From Podarcis liolepis (taxonomy: Eukaryota), in the NCBI GenBank assembly GCA_965112155.1, contig OZ218101.1: a DNA stretch of 64,000 bases; one strand, written 5' to 3'. The notes under the pieces were generated by a model that did not search any database, was not told where the DNA came from, and saw only the letters and a program-made list of their open reading frames with translations. The first letter of the stretch is position 1. Each line of letters begins with the position of its first letter. Shown piece by piece: positions 10,512 to 23,300 of the stretch. Both the position numbers and the translations under genes were made by a program.

Positions 10512-12510
10512 GTATTTGACCCAGTCTTCTTCATGAGATGAGTGCTGATTCAAACCTGGATCTTCCCTGTCCTAGTCTGATACTCTAACCACCAAACCAC
10601 GCTGGCTGTATTTTATTATTGTAAGCCACTCGTCATTGTGCTAGTGTTTCCTCCTGTTCCACTTCACTGACTGATGCTTGCAGGAGACGTGAAATGCTAA
10701 CACCACGATGACATAAAAATTATTCCAACTACATGCTACAGGAAAGAGTTGGCAGTTGTGGGCAGTGGCATGGTCAGGGGTATGCATATATGTGTCTCCT
10801 ATAGCATGCTGTTTAGCCTCGTTTTTTCTGTGAAATGAAACATGATATCATGTCAGGCTCCTTCATCTTGTTCCTGATATCCTTGCAAGACCACACATAA
10901 AACAGGCTCAAAATGAATTATATGCATAGATCACAATAGCCAGCCAAGATTCAGTGGCTCACATCCAAATTAATTAGCATTCAGCTTGGGAAAAGCAAAA
11001 CACACACACAAAAGATGGAATAATGTCCTCAAAATATTCTAACAAACAAACTTAGGCTGTGTACACATTGCCGTTTTAGTCTGGCTCCAGTGCTCTCCCA
11101 ACCACTGGCTTTTGAATCTGTTCAGACGCAACGTTACCAATGATGCAGAGCTGACCTGTTTTTTCTTGAAAAATACTGCCGCTTATTGCATTTTCCAGCA
11201 AACCAGTTTCAGTCTGGAAGAAAATCTGAAAGTGCATTCCCTTCACAGTAAAGCAGGGGTTTGAACGTTTGAGACAGCCATTGCTCGTGCGCAGATGGCA
11301 GTGCATGCACAGATGACAGTACTATGAATTGGAGTTTGGGAGGGTTGAAAGGGCAGGTAAACCAAACAGATAATGGTGCATGGGGTGTTGGAAAGGGGTA
11401 GTACCTCTGGTGGGGGACGCATTGTGCGCCTTCTGGAGTGGTTTGTCCGCCATTGGTCCCCAGCCTGCACTCAGCGTTACCACCAAGTACGAGGAAACAG
11501 AAACATGGCAAATTTCAAAATCACTGTAGTTTCCGTGCTTCCAAAATCCGTACTTCCATCTCCGGGCATTTGTTGTTGTTTTTTGAAGTCAAGTAGGAAA
11601 GGGGTGTCATTTTGACTTTTTTCAGGTGTGAAAATGTTAGGCCATTTCTTGTCTTCAAATCCTTTGATTGAACAGATGGATCAGTCTTGAGCATTCTTTG
11701 AAAGTATCCTCTTCATTGCAAGGCCTGAGGCAAAATTGCCTCTTTGTAGAGATGAAGGATGCAGCTATGTGGTGACACTGTATATCAATATAAGATATTG
11801 TGGTGGATAACTTCTAGAAGAAGATGGTGCAAAGAAGTTCTGAGAAATAGCTGAGCAGCGTTCTTTCAAGCATAGGGTTTTTCCAAAGCAAATATGCTTC
11901 CTTTTCTTCTGGCAAGAGGCAGTGTAGGGTGTACAAGGGGGGAGCAACAACAACAACAACTAGTGCTGTTTCTCCTTATTCCTCAGTGTCAGAGACATCC
12001 TCATATTAACATCTTCCCTTGTAAGTGGCTTGTAGCTAGATTCTTAGGAAGAGGATGGAATATTTCTGCAAGAGGCAATGATCAATAATCAACATTTATA
12101 CTACTCAGAGCAAAACATAAGATGCACAAGGCACAAGCTAGAAGGTTAATACTGCCTAACTCATAAAAAATATTAACTTTATAGAGCCAAACATTCAGTA
12201 AGGAACCTACCTAGATGAGACATGAGACATCTGTGATCGGATCTCCCAGTGTTTCTGGGGTTTGTCTTTCTTTCTTAAAAGCAGGGATGGGCTCTCTGAC
12301 ATGGACCAGGAGTGTGGTGCTAGGAGAAAGCCCCTTTAACACTTTTCTCCAATACGTGTTCCTGTTGTACCGTATTTTTCGCTCTATAACACGCACCTGA
12401 CCATAACACGCACATCGTTTTTAGAGGAGGAAAACAAGGGAAAAAATATTCTGAATGAAACAGTGGACGTATCATTTTTGTGATTCATGCTGTGGCCACA
12501 GACATGTGAT

Positions 12511-12900
12511 CTGATGGTGAATTTGGGGTGACCCAATGCAAAAATCCTGAGAATCCCTGTGGATCCATGCTTTGTAACCACGTTTTTGCACCATTGCAGC
12601 CCCAGGCAACAGTGGGTGCGTGATTTTGGGGGGGGGGCAGGCTGTAGCCATGGACATGCTATGTGCTCTGATGGTGAATTTGGGGTGACCCAATGCAAAA
12701 ATCCTGAGAATCCCTGTGGATCCATGCTTTGTAACCACGTTTTTGCACCATTGCAGCCCCAGGCAACAGTGGGTGTGTGATTTTTTTTGGGGGGGACAGG
12801 CTGTAGCCATGGACATGCTGTGTGCTCTGATGGTGAATTTGGGGTGACCCAATGCAAAGATCCTGAGGATCCATGTGGATCCATGCTTTGTAACCACATT
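12511..12900. repeat. ~158-bp tandem repeat, about 2.5 units
   Basis: Unit start ctgatggtgaatttggggtgacc at 12511, 12668 and 12827. Confidence 0.92.
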
Positions 12901-13175
12901 TTAAGTGGGGAGGGAAGGAAAAACACAGAAGGCTAAGAATGCAGGAGAGGGCTATAACGTGAGGAAAGGAAGGCAAAAGTTTTCCCCCACCCACCCACAC
13001 AAGCCAGCCACTGTTTAAGGATTTCATCCTTTTAAATGGAAGAAAGCATATTTGAATGCTGTGTGTCTCCAAAAACAAAAAGCAGGAAGTCAAATCAGAA
13101 TTTTAAGCCGAACCTGTAATCTCTCTTCCCTTCACAAACATTGTTCCCTCCGGAGCAGGGACAGGATAGAGCGAG

Positions 13176-13295
13176 GGACGCTCTGCTTTCCCCTCTACTT
13201 GCCTGGAGGGGAGGGGCTTTCCCTGCTCTTTGTTCGGACGCTCTGCTCTCCTCTCTACTTGCCTGGAGGGGAGGGGCTTTCCCTGCTCTTTGTTC
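13176..13295. repeat. 60-bp tandem duplication
   Basis: ggacgctctgct...ccctgctctttgttc twice (13176, 13236). Confidence 0.92.
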
Positions 13296-15639
13296 CGTTT
13301 GAGCAAACACAGCAACGAAACAGAGCAGGGTGGGCAGAGAGACCCTGAGGCAGAATGCAGGAAAGCAACAGCTTTCTCACGGAGCTCCCTTCTCCCTGAA
13401 GCGCGGTTTGATTTTTGCCTTATTTTTCGGCTACAGGGACCACACATTCGCTGCATAACACGCACAGACATTTCCCCTTCCTTTTTAGGAGAAAAAATCT
13501 GCGTGTTATAGAGCGAAAAATACGGTAAATGTTGAGTCTGGCAGGGTTGATATGGCCCTGGGAACATAAGAGCTTCCAGGCTACTCTAAAGCTTTGATAG
13601 AGCAAATGCTCACAGTTCTCCTAGGTGCTGCCCTCTGGACTTCTATATCTTGCCACAGACAAAAACGAACTTTCTACATGCACTCATTCATGAATTTTTG
13701 CATATCCCCAGTCATGTGTCTTCTACACAATTCATGCAACAGAATGAGCATGTCTATCCACGTTTTGTCTCTGTATACATACAAACTTCAAGGGGCCCAA
13801 TTTAACTAATGAATCACACTAATGGAAGCCAGTGCAAGGTCTTCCACTAATGCGTTGGGACCACCCAGCGCCCCAAAATTTAGTTTAGCCCCCAAATGAA
13901 CTTTTATTATGCTTATGTCACTATTATCATTTGAGAAATAACGCTCACGCCTGCGCGGCTCCAAAAGGAGTTTGTGTGTGTGTGTGTTTTGTTTAAAACC
14001 TGCTTTTCTGAAGAAGACAAAGAACACACTAGGAGTTGGTGTAAAGACTCCACACATGTGCTAGAGGAGCTGGGAGGGCCCTTGCGAGTGTGCGTATACG
14101 AGTTCCTCTTGGGAAGGTTCCGGAGCCTGTGCGCAAGATCAGTTGTGTCAAAGGTGCTGCTGACCCCATTGCCACATAGCAGCTCAATACAATATGCTTA
14201 GGTGGCTTCAGCGGCGGGCGCCTGGCGCCCCCCAGAATTCGGCACCCAGGTGTCCCGCACTTCTTGCACCCCTGGGTAAGACGGCCCTGGTTGGGACTTT
14301 TCATCCCCTCTCCTCCCCTTGTGGGCCCCTGCCCCCCAATTGGCTGTGTGGGGATTGGGGAACTCCCAAAACAGCATGGGCGAAAGATAGGGGAGATCAT
14401 TCTGTCTGACAAGCTGACATCCTTGCCCTGACAGAGCAATATCCTTAGCACTTCATCGAATTCCTCCCGCAATTCTCTGCACAGTTTCTAAAAATGGGAA
14501 TCTATGGCAGATCCTGAACTATCAGGCCCAGTGATATCACTGAATTGTACTGAGTTCCAACACTTTGAAGCAGTGTTCCACTCATTTGATGATGCGTTCT
14601 CCCAGTATGCCCACAAAATGTGCTCCAGATGGTCGCTCAGCCATTTGAAGCAGATTTTGAGGGTCCAGGGGAGGCTGCAGGGGAGAGGCGAAGAGGAGAA
14701 AAATTCCACTGTATAAAGCAGAAGTATTTTGTGTGACTGGGATGGCAATGTTTGATGCACTGTATCTTCTCCCCCAGCTGTAATCAATTATACATCCCCA
14801 ACATTTCTTTGCAAGGCAGATTTTCCAAATGCAAGTTGGTTGTATTATGCAACAAGGTGGAGCAGGTCTGTAATGAAAAGCCAATGTAGAAACTGATCTG
14901 CAAATATGTAATTAGCAAGATATTTCTTAAAATGAAGGCTGTATGTTGTTAGACCTCAAGGCCTGTAACAGAAGACTGTGGGACATGAAGACTCACGCAA
15001 TTGTCATTCCTTATGAAAGCCTTGAGTGAGTGAGTTTCAAGCTGGTACTAAATAAGATTTATGTCTGAAAAGTTGTAAAACACCACCTCACTTATGGCAA
15101 ACAGGTCTCAGGGGGGCTGAAGAGCTTTAGTCTCACTTAAGTATTATATGATTGGAGCTTAATAGTCTCTAGGATCCAAAGAAGGAATGTGTTTGCACAG
15201 GAAAAAACTAAATGCATGGCTGAAATATCACTTAAATGTTTTCTCCATAGTAATTCCCCCTGACAAAGAGGCAAGTTCCTGCAACAGTTTAAAAAGTGAG
15301 GGCTTGAGTATCTCTGAAAACCGTTGCAGAGAAAAATGGGGGGGGGGGATTGCATTCATGATTTCCCCCCAGATTCTCTTATCCTTCCTTTGGATTCTCA
15401 TTATTACATTAGAGTAATGTGCAATTCCATTGTGTTTAATAGAGTAGTGTAAATTAATTCCAGCATTTCTGGAATTTTAATAAGGAGACCACTGTCAGGT
15501 TTTATGCTACTTTAACATTCATTATTCAAAGTTTGAACCGTGGGTGGGATTTATCTGTTCTTTTGTTTTTAGTCTTCACTAGCTCAAAATGCTTTTTTTT
15601 GTAAATATTTTCCTCCAAGCAAGCAAGCATTCTCGACTG

Positions 15640-16090
15640 CACACTCAGGGCGGTTATTTATTATGCTTAATGGCAGCTTATAGTAAGTCGTAAATTAAAG
15701 GAACAACTTATATGGTGTTTTTAGGTGTGCCAAGGGTATGCCATTTTGCTAATAATTTGTACTAATGTAAATTGTAAAGTGACATTTATGAACTGCGTTT
15801 GGCGTCATACATAAAACTCCGGCTAAATGTAGAAACATTGATCTGCTGTTTTATGAGCCAATACTTTTGTACAGGTCAGAGTAGTTTTTGCCCCGAGCCT
15901 TTACTAAGGCCAGAGTGTTAAGTTAATAAATGGAAGGTTTAAATTTTATAGACTAATCACTTGGAGTAATCAAAATTTGCTTTTCAGTAGCCGAGTGTGA
16001 TGTTTACTATCTCCTCGCTTTGTAGAAAACGTTGCGTTACGGCCTTGTAGCAATTGTGCATTTTCTAAAGCCTTTGTGAATTTTTATCCC
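15640..16090. promoter_or_regulatory. Candidate conserved enhancer rich in posterior HOX/CDX/MEIS motifs
   Basis: GTCGTAAA (15687), TGACATTTATGA (15780), CATAAAA, TTTTATGAG (15849), TAATAAA and TTTTATAG. CpGs are retained and no repeat is recognisable. Confidence 0.5.
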
Positions 16091-16432
16091 TACTTCAGCA
16101 AACGAAACACACAAGAGCCTAGGATGACCCTACTAGATCAAGCCAATAGCCCATCTAGTCCAAAATCCTGTTCTCACAGTGCTTATGGAAAGCCTACAAG
16201 TTGAGCAAGACAGCAACAGCACACATAAATTGGTGCTGTATCTCCCTGAAAAGTGAGAAAGTATGCATTATGCTATGCGTTTAATATGTTGGAGTTGCAT
16301 GAAAGGCATATAAACTGCAGATACGTAATATAACTATGGGCAAATGTGAAAAGTATATGATATTTCTAAAGTTTCTCCTGGTTATAGAGGTGAAGTTGGA
16401 GAACAATTAGGTATCCCAAAAAGTTTTGAAAG

Positions 16433-16582
16433 CGGTGCTTTATTTTCTGGGGGTATGCAAGGGTACGCATACCACTAAAGATTTTGTGAATCTAAGTTTG
16501 GCCTCATTGAGAGGCAGTATTTCAATATGAGTAGGAAAATGAGAGTACCCCTAAACATTTTTAAAGGGGGAAAAAAGCACTG
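16433..16582. mobile_element. hAT MITE
   Basis: Ends c(g/a)gtgcttt / aaagcactg with a perfect 8-bp TSD tttgaaag (16425-32, 16583-90). Confidence 0.85.
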
Positions 16583-16744
16583 TTTGAAAGTATAAATCAG
16601 TTTTCTACATTTTCTCTCGTGTGTGTGTGTGTGATCACCTGACCTCATTTCTATTTAATGTACCTTAAACTTAAATAGGGTTGCCATATTTCAAAAAGTA
16701 AAAACCAGGACACCCTCCCGGCAGATGTCAAAGAGTTAATAAAA

Positions 16745-17156
16745 CGGGGGTTTTTTCAGCCGGAACTCTCTGGAACTCAGTTCCAGCACCTCTCAGGTGG
16801 GCGCCATTGAGAACGAGGGAGGTGTTCATGGTAAGTTCTGGCACCTCTTTTTCTAGAAAAATAGAACTGTAAACAGCTATATAAATTTTTGTAGATATCT
16901 GAAGCCTGTCCTGTTTTGGAAAGCTTTTAATGTGTGGTGGGTTTTTTCTTCTTTCCCTCTGTATTTTTGTTGGAAACTGCCCAAAGTAGCTGGGGCAACC
17001 CAGTCGGATGAGCAGGGTATAATAAATTTGTTGTTGTGGTCAGGGATTTTTTTTCCAGTTCCAGCACCTGTCAGGTGGGCACCATTGCCATTGTAAGAGA
17101 ACAAGAGAGGCGTTTATGGTTAGTTTGGCACCTCCTTTTCTAGACAAATATCACTG
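16745..17156 (+). mobile_element. Two copies of a short hAT-like MITE (16745-16869, 17041-17156) separated by an L2-like 3' end
   Basis: Shared cagttccagcacctctcaggtgggcgccattg...ctagaaaaatagcactg. A third copy is at 43978-44103. Confidence 0.65.
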
Positions 17157-19043
17157 AATTGATGATGATGATGCTGAAGAAGAAGAATACATGTGGAGTT
17201 TGGCATGGCATTCCACCTCCGCTGTTCCATCTAGGCAGCAGATTAGTTGATCCCTGAGCAAAGTAGGATTCATCCCCACTCCACAATCCATGTTGTTTGG
17301 GTGAAAGGAGACTTTACTTACTCTACACTGCAGTTTCTGTAGGGTTAACATTTGTGATTGGTTGTCCTAACAAGACCAGCCCTACCGCAACAGTGGTGGT
17401 GGCAGCAGCAGCGGGGGAGTCAGCACAGGCTAAATATCTGAAAAATAAATAAATATAAGGTCTTAACAATATATGGATGCATTGTAAGAGAAGGGGTTAA
17501 TTGAGCCTCTCCAGGGAGGGAGTTTCAGAGTCTGGGTGCCACAACTAAAAAGGCCCAGTCTTTCTTGGTCCCTCCTTCAGTAGTGGTGGAACCCAGAGCA
17601 GCACTGATGGGAGGTTCATGTGAGAGCCAGAGGAGGCTCTTCATATATCCTGGTTCCAAACTGCTTTGTGAAGAATACCCAGCCCTCATTAAATACAGAT
17701 TGTACAAAACATGGAATAGTATGCTTGGTAAAACAGGCTCCTGAAATTGCTCTGGCTGCCACGTTTTGACTCAGCAAATCACGTTTTATATAAAGGTTTG
17801 TTAGCAGAGTCTACTCTTACCTGAAATGAAACATTTTCAAATTCCTGGTGGTTTTTTTTTTTTTTTTTTTTTGTAGCTTTACATCTTTGGTTTTATTCCG
17901 ATGCCAATTTGAACAATCCTGCAGAAGCCAAATATGTACAAGTGTTTATAAACATGCCGTTATAAAATATTAGTGTCTTTTGTCTGTGTAAAGATAGGGA
18001 AACAAACTGAACATTTATTGAGGGACCGGTCTACAAATTATTCTTTGGCAATAGAAATACGTTTTGTGACAAACCCAAATCAACTTAAAAAAAAATATCA
18101 TAGAGGTAAAAACGGCAATGTATAGATGGAGCACATTCAGTATAAGGTGAAGCTTTTTTATGCTATGCATGAATGCCTTTGCTGAAAATGGGAAATCTAA
18201 ACAGCTGCACTATTGTATTCAATTGCTGTCAAAAAATAATGATTTGCTGAGTCTAATAGATCACCATTTGGTCTTGGCAGCTGTTACTGGCAGGTTATAC
18301 AGTACAGAATACATGCTGTGCATGCTATATTTCTGTCTTGCTGGGGTTTCTTACTATAAAGATAGTAAGATATGCAGCCAAATCAAAAGTTAATAGCATC
18401 GGACCAGGAGTTCTTAACCTGTGGGCCAGGAATATGCATAAAGAGGGATCATACGGTCCTTGTTTTTCCTTCATTTCATAGCTTTTAATAAAACATAATA
18501 TGTTTCCAGCTCTTACGCTAGATCGCGAAAATGACCTTGAAAATTGTGAGCTGAATATATCTATGTGTGTGTATTGCAGCCGTGCTTCGTGAGATCGGCA
18601 GATAGCTTGAAAAAAGCTTTAAGCGACACATGCTGCTCCATTAGTTCCAATCAAAGCACTCTGGGCTTTTTTATTCTCTAGCCAAAGATTTTCACATTTC
18701 TCCGAATGAGTTTGCAGACTCTCATTGTGTGCCTCAAGAGGGGTGCAAACATGTGTCATGGGGCTTCTTCCAAATGGAAGAAAGGAGGCATTATTGAGGT
18801 TTTTTAATATTATTATTAATTTATAATGTTTGAAAACATGATGCGTTTTCAAGTACAGTATGGTAGGGGATGGGACACCACACACAGTACAATATTTCTT
18901 TTGTTCCTTGACTATATTTTTCAAATGGCGCTTCAGGGAACTGTGATTCCTCGGAAGCTTATCAGGGGTTCATTGGTGACAAGATCCAAAATGGAAGAAG
19001 AGTGTCCCTGAAAGACACTGCGTGATAGTGACAGGTGGTTCAG

Positions 19044-19058
19044 TCACTAGACGGCACT
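19044..19058 (+). promoter_or_regulatory. CTCF-like motif
   Basis: tcactagacggcact resembles CCACYAGRKGGCRS. It lies in a ~45-bp block shared with 39625-39668. Confidence 0.35.
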
Positions 19059-19567
19059 GGACTTAGTTGTATCTGGATGAATTCAGGAATTTCCTGTTGC
19101 TGTTCTGTTTATGTTGAAGAGGTGCAGTGGGGTGTTCCTAACCTGGCCTTCCTAGTATGCAGGTTACTGCTGGTAGCCAAGTCAAGAGAGAGAGGGGGGA
19201 AGGGAGGCATAGCAGTAAGAACCTTGGATTGACTCAGCTGCTGCACCTGCACCCACCTCCTTCCTTGCCACCTTGCCTTTCTCCCTCTGTTACTGGTAGC
19301 AACCTCCACACTGGGAAGCTTGGTGAGCATGTTACCCCACCCCATGCCATCCTGCCAGCCATTACTGGTTCTGTTCTAGCTCCTTGACCAGGGTGCCCTC
19401 TTAAGCCCTCCACGATGCACAGCTTGCGTCTGTACTAGGATGGGCAATAATGTCTCTGCTAGGTGAAGCTGCAGAGGAGTACTGCTGGCTGGCTGCATTC
19501 TAGGCTGTTCTTTCCATCACACAGAAATCTGAGAGGCTTGGCTAGCACTTTGCAAGAGTATGCAATA

Positions 19568-19804
19568 CAGTGGTACCTCAGGTTACATACGGTATGATTC
19601 GGGTTACGTACGCTTCAGGTTACAGACTGCTAACCCAGAAATAGTACCTTGGGTTAAGAACTTTGCTTCAGGATAAGAACAGAAATCGTGCAGTGGCAGC
19701 AGCAGGAGGCCCCACTAGCTAAAGTGGTGCTTCAGGTTAAGAACAGTTTCAGGTTAAGAACAGACCTCCGGAACGAATTAAGTACATAACCAGAGGTACT
19801 GCTG
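19568..19804 (+). mobile_element. Tc1/mariner (Tigger-like) MITE
   Basis: TA-cagtggtacctc ... gaggtactgctg-TA. Same family as 24138 and 60240. Confidence 0.88.
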
Positions 19805-20049
19805 TAACTGACTTTCCCCAATAACCCTTTAAAAAAATAATTTTAAAAAATCATCGCGACATTCAGCGTTTGTGCTGGATATGAGAGATATTCCCCAGTG
19901 GCTCCCCATAGGGGGGAAAAACCATTTGAAAACCACTCCTTTAAGGCACAAAAATTCATAATATTATTATGAATTTTTCAAGTCGAAATGTACTCGTAAA
20001 AACCCCAGCCGAACTTCCTTCTCGGTTTGCCTTACTCTCAAAGCAGTAT

Positions 20050-20310
20050 TGGATATTGCTGGCATCCGCCTGTCTCAAAAGACAACAGAGAGCACCTCGG
20101 GGGGGGGGGTGAAGTCAAACCGCTGGAGAATCACAGCGCCCGCTGTAGCCGCAGAGACTGGGAACGCGTAACTTGCTGCCTCCTATGTTGTTTTTGCAGT
20201 GTTAGCAGCACCAAAAGTGATCTCTCTGGGGGGCAAGCCTGGGCAGTGTGTATGGGGGATGCTGGGCTTGGCCTCAGTGATGTGCCCCAAAGGAAAGCAG
20301 AGCAATAGGA
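20050..20310 (+). mobile_element. RTE-related 5'-UTR/SINE-like repeat
   Basis: Co-linear with 48171-48420 (ggca..tgtct..gacaa..gggggtgaagtcaaaccgctg...tgatgt..ccaaaggaaagcagagcaata). The RTE assignment is from recall. Confidence 0.5.
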
Positions 20311-23300
20311 GGAGGCATACAAGGCTCTATGCAACCGTCTTAGGGATTTGTGTATGTATTTGTGTATGTACATATGCTGTATGGAATCTTAATGTTTATA
20401 TTATTTTTCTTTTATATTGTACACCCACCCACACACCAATGGAAGTTGATTGGAGATCTGTTTGGTGACAAGCAACTAGCAAGTTTAATTAGGAATAATA
20501 AGGCTAAAGCTATGGGATGCAAATCGACCCAGTTACTTACTTAGCCCAGATCCTTCAGCACATGTATTGCTTTTTAAGGAGTGTGTAATTCTTTTTTTAA
20601 AAAAACACCCTCATCCTTTTGCATCATCGGTGAGGATATCCGCCCCACAATTGTTATTGTTAGTATTTTAATTTGGGAACTCATTGAAGAGTTGCTTATC
20701 TCCTGTCTTTCCAAACTTCAGAATTGCTTGTGTTCCTTTCATGGTAACATTCATCAAAAATTATGCTGCCTTCACCCCTTCTAAAATAACAGTGAAGATA
20801 AATGGATCGATTGACCCCAAGAGCAGTTTATTTATCCCTTTAGTCACACTTCAGTAGTAAAATCAATATTTCTCTGAAATATCTGATATTACAGTGGTTC
20901 CAGTAAATACTGACACTCCTGAACTATGTGTGTGAGAGAACAGAAATTTATTATCAGGTTAGATATTTTAGTATCTATATTGATTTTTCTGCGAATGCTT
21001 GTGAAGTTTTTTATTTATCTGTATCTAAATGAGTGACATCTGCTGCTGTGTGGTGGTGGTGGGAGGGCCCCCCCCCCCCAGTAATCAAAGCCCCGTTGAA
21101 GGAAAAAGAAAACTCATATCTAACAATCTTAGTAAAAAGTACCTTGTCAGGATTGTATGCTTACTTTGAAATGATGCACTGTCTAGTGGACTGTGTTTTC
21201 TCATAGTGCCCCTTTGTTGGACAAATGCGCAGCATGGTAGGGCCCCCCTTTTTTAATACAGATGTTGACACCACTTGATGTATAACTACTAAATTGTTTT
21301 GGAGTGCTGCGTGGCTAATGGATTGCTGTATGGATGGAGCAAAGGGAACAGAACTGATAGAGAAGGTGCTGGAAAAGGGGTCATGTTTCCCTCTATCTGT
21401 TTATGTACGTTTCTTAATTGAACATAATGACAACTGATAGAAAAACATTGTCTCAAATCAAATCTTTCTACTGTAATCCACACATGCTTAAGCTTAAATG
21501 GAAATGGTGTGCATATATAGTGGGGGGAAATTGCAATAAAAGTTCTGCAACAGATTTGAGGTGGAATTGAGGCCCCTAGTGAACCACAGAGAAAAAAGAT
21601 CTGGTGTAGTTGGTAGTGCTGGTGATGGTTCCTTCAGCTTGTTTACTTTCACTCCAGTGGTTGTCTCATGCATGTGGTTATGTGCAGTTGCCTTTGTAGC
21701 TTGAGACAACAATCCTCCAAACGTTTGCATCAGAATAGCTCTATTGAAGTGTTGGATACCAGGTAGGCAGCCTTGCTAGGATTGTAATCTGTTAACAGTG
21801 TGGTTCATAGAACTACCCTCAAGGTTGTAGCTTGATGTTTGATTTTATCTAAAAGAATGGGAGCAGGTTACAAGTGATTTTAAAATACTCATACAGACAG
21901 ACAGACAGGCGGATAGATAGACCAGCTATTAAATATAGAATATATACAATGCTGGTGTGTCTCAAACCCTCGGTGAGTTAGGGACTTCCTCTGCATGCGA
22001 AGACAAGGCTCCGGCAGATTGAGCGTATGAGACCAATTTCAGCTCGGACTTTTCCGACCTACCTAACTGAATCAAATGCACACCCACAGCTGGAGAGGTC
22101 TGAATTGCAGCCTAGATGTCTGTTATTGGCAGTCTGTTGGTGGCAGTAATGACAAATTAGAGATGGTTTTGGCTCTTCCCTATTCTGCTGGAACTTGGTA
22201 TCGCTTCATAGTGGCACGAGTGTTTCAAAATGTTTTATTTTGTGCCCTCTTGCCACAGTTCCTTCCCCCTACAATTGCGCCCCAAGTGACCTTATCCTTG
22301 GTCATCAAAATCAGCCAAACTGTTATTTTTAAAAAATATAGCTCTGGAAGAGGAAGCAGGGACCTGTTTGTGAAGAGCAGCCAGGTGGAAAGAGTAATCC
22401 TAACCTGTGCAGAGAGAAGGTGCATGCTTCCTTGTTTTAGAATCTGCATAGGTGGCAGCAGTGCTATTGGAGCTGAGAGTTTCCTTTCAGCGGCAATGCT
22501 GTTAATTCCTTAGGAAGGAGAAAATCTGTGTAGAGAGGGCACTGCCGGCCGTTGCGGTTTCTTAAGAAACTCTTCCATCACCTATTCATACTGGTATCTC
22601 TTGTGTTCATTTCTTCTGCTGGAGATGGTGTATGGAAGCAGAGCATGACCAAACGATGGAGGTTAGGGAACTGACTTATTATACTACAAAATAACATACG
22701 CCAGGGGTGGCTAACCTTTGTCCCTCCAGATGTTGTTGGACTCCAACTTGGCAATACAATTGAAATATTGCCCACATAATTGTGGAAATTGTTTGATCGT
22801 TTTTATAGCTTTTGTATTTTATCTCCAATCCAAATCTTCATTACTGTCATAGACCAGCATAAGGTAAAAGCACCTCCATACATAAATAAACCATGCTAGA
22901 TAGGCAATAATGCAACTGCAGAAATAGAGGGTACACATAATCATTCTCTCAGTTACAGCAGACCAGCATAAGATAAAAACACATAAAACATGTAAATTAG
23001 ACAGTCAGTTTTAGACCCACTGTGTGGCACATACCCTCCTCCGACGTATGTCAATCATAGCAGCACAATATCTGGCAACTGAATATGTTATATCAGGATT
23101 TATATCTTGGAGCAGTAAAGAGATATAGAATTGCCCTGTGTGTCCTGGAAATTTGTGTATTATTGGAAAGATAAACCTAGCACGTATGTTTGTGAAATAC
23201 TAGCAGTGGAGAACAAAACATGTCCGTTTTTTTCACTTTATCTTATTTTACATTGCTTGAATAAGTTTTGGCTCGTAAGTGGTTTATAGATTGGGTTGTT

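Larger units (their letters stand above)
12370..13525. mobile_element. Non-autonomous Tc1/mariner (pogo/Tc2-like) element with internal tandem repeats
   Basis: Perfect 26-bp TIR ccgtatttttcgctctataacacgca with TA on both sides. No transposase. Confidence 0.9.

Noticed and set aside
12384-13093. Overlapping 140-180 aa ORFs and a CRISPR-like regular repeat
   Set aside because: These are translations of a 158-bp tandem repeat inside a MITE. There are no unique spacers, no cas genes, and the context is eukaryotic.
20050-20160. Possible HDV-like ribozyme in RTE 5'-UTR-like repeats (also 48171 and ~21958)
   Set aside because: RTE 5' ends can carry HDV-like ribozymes, but I could not build the nested double pseudoknot from these decayed copies.
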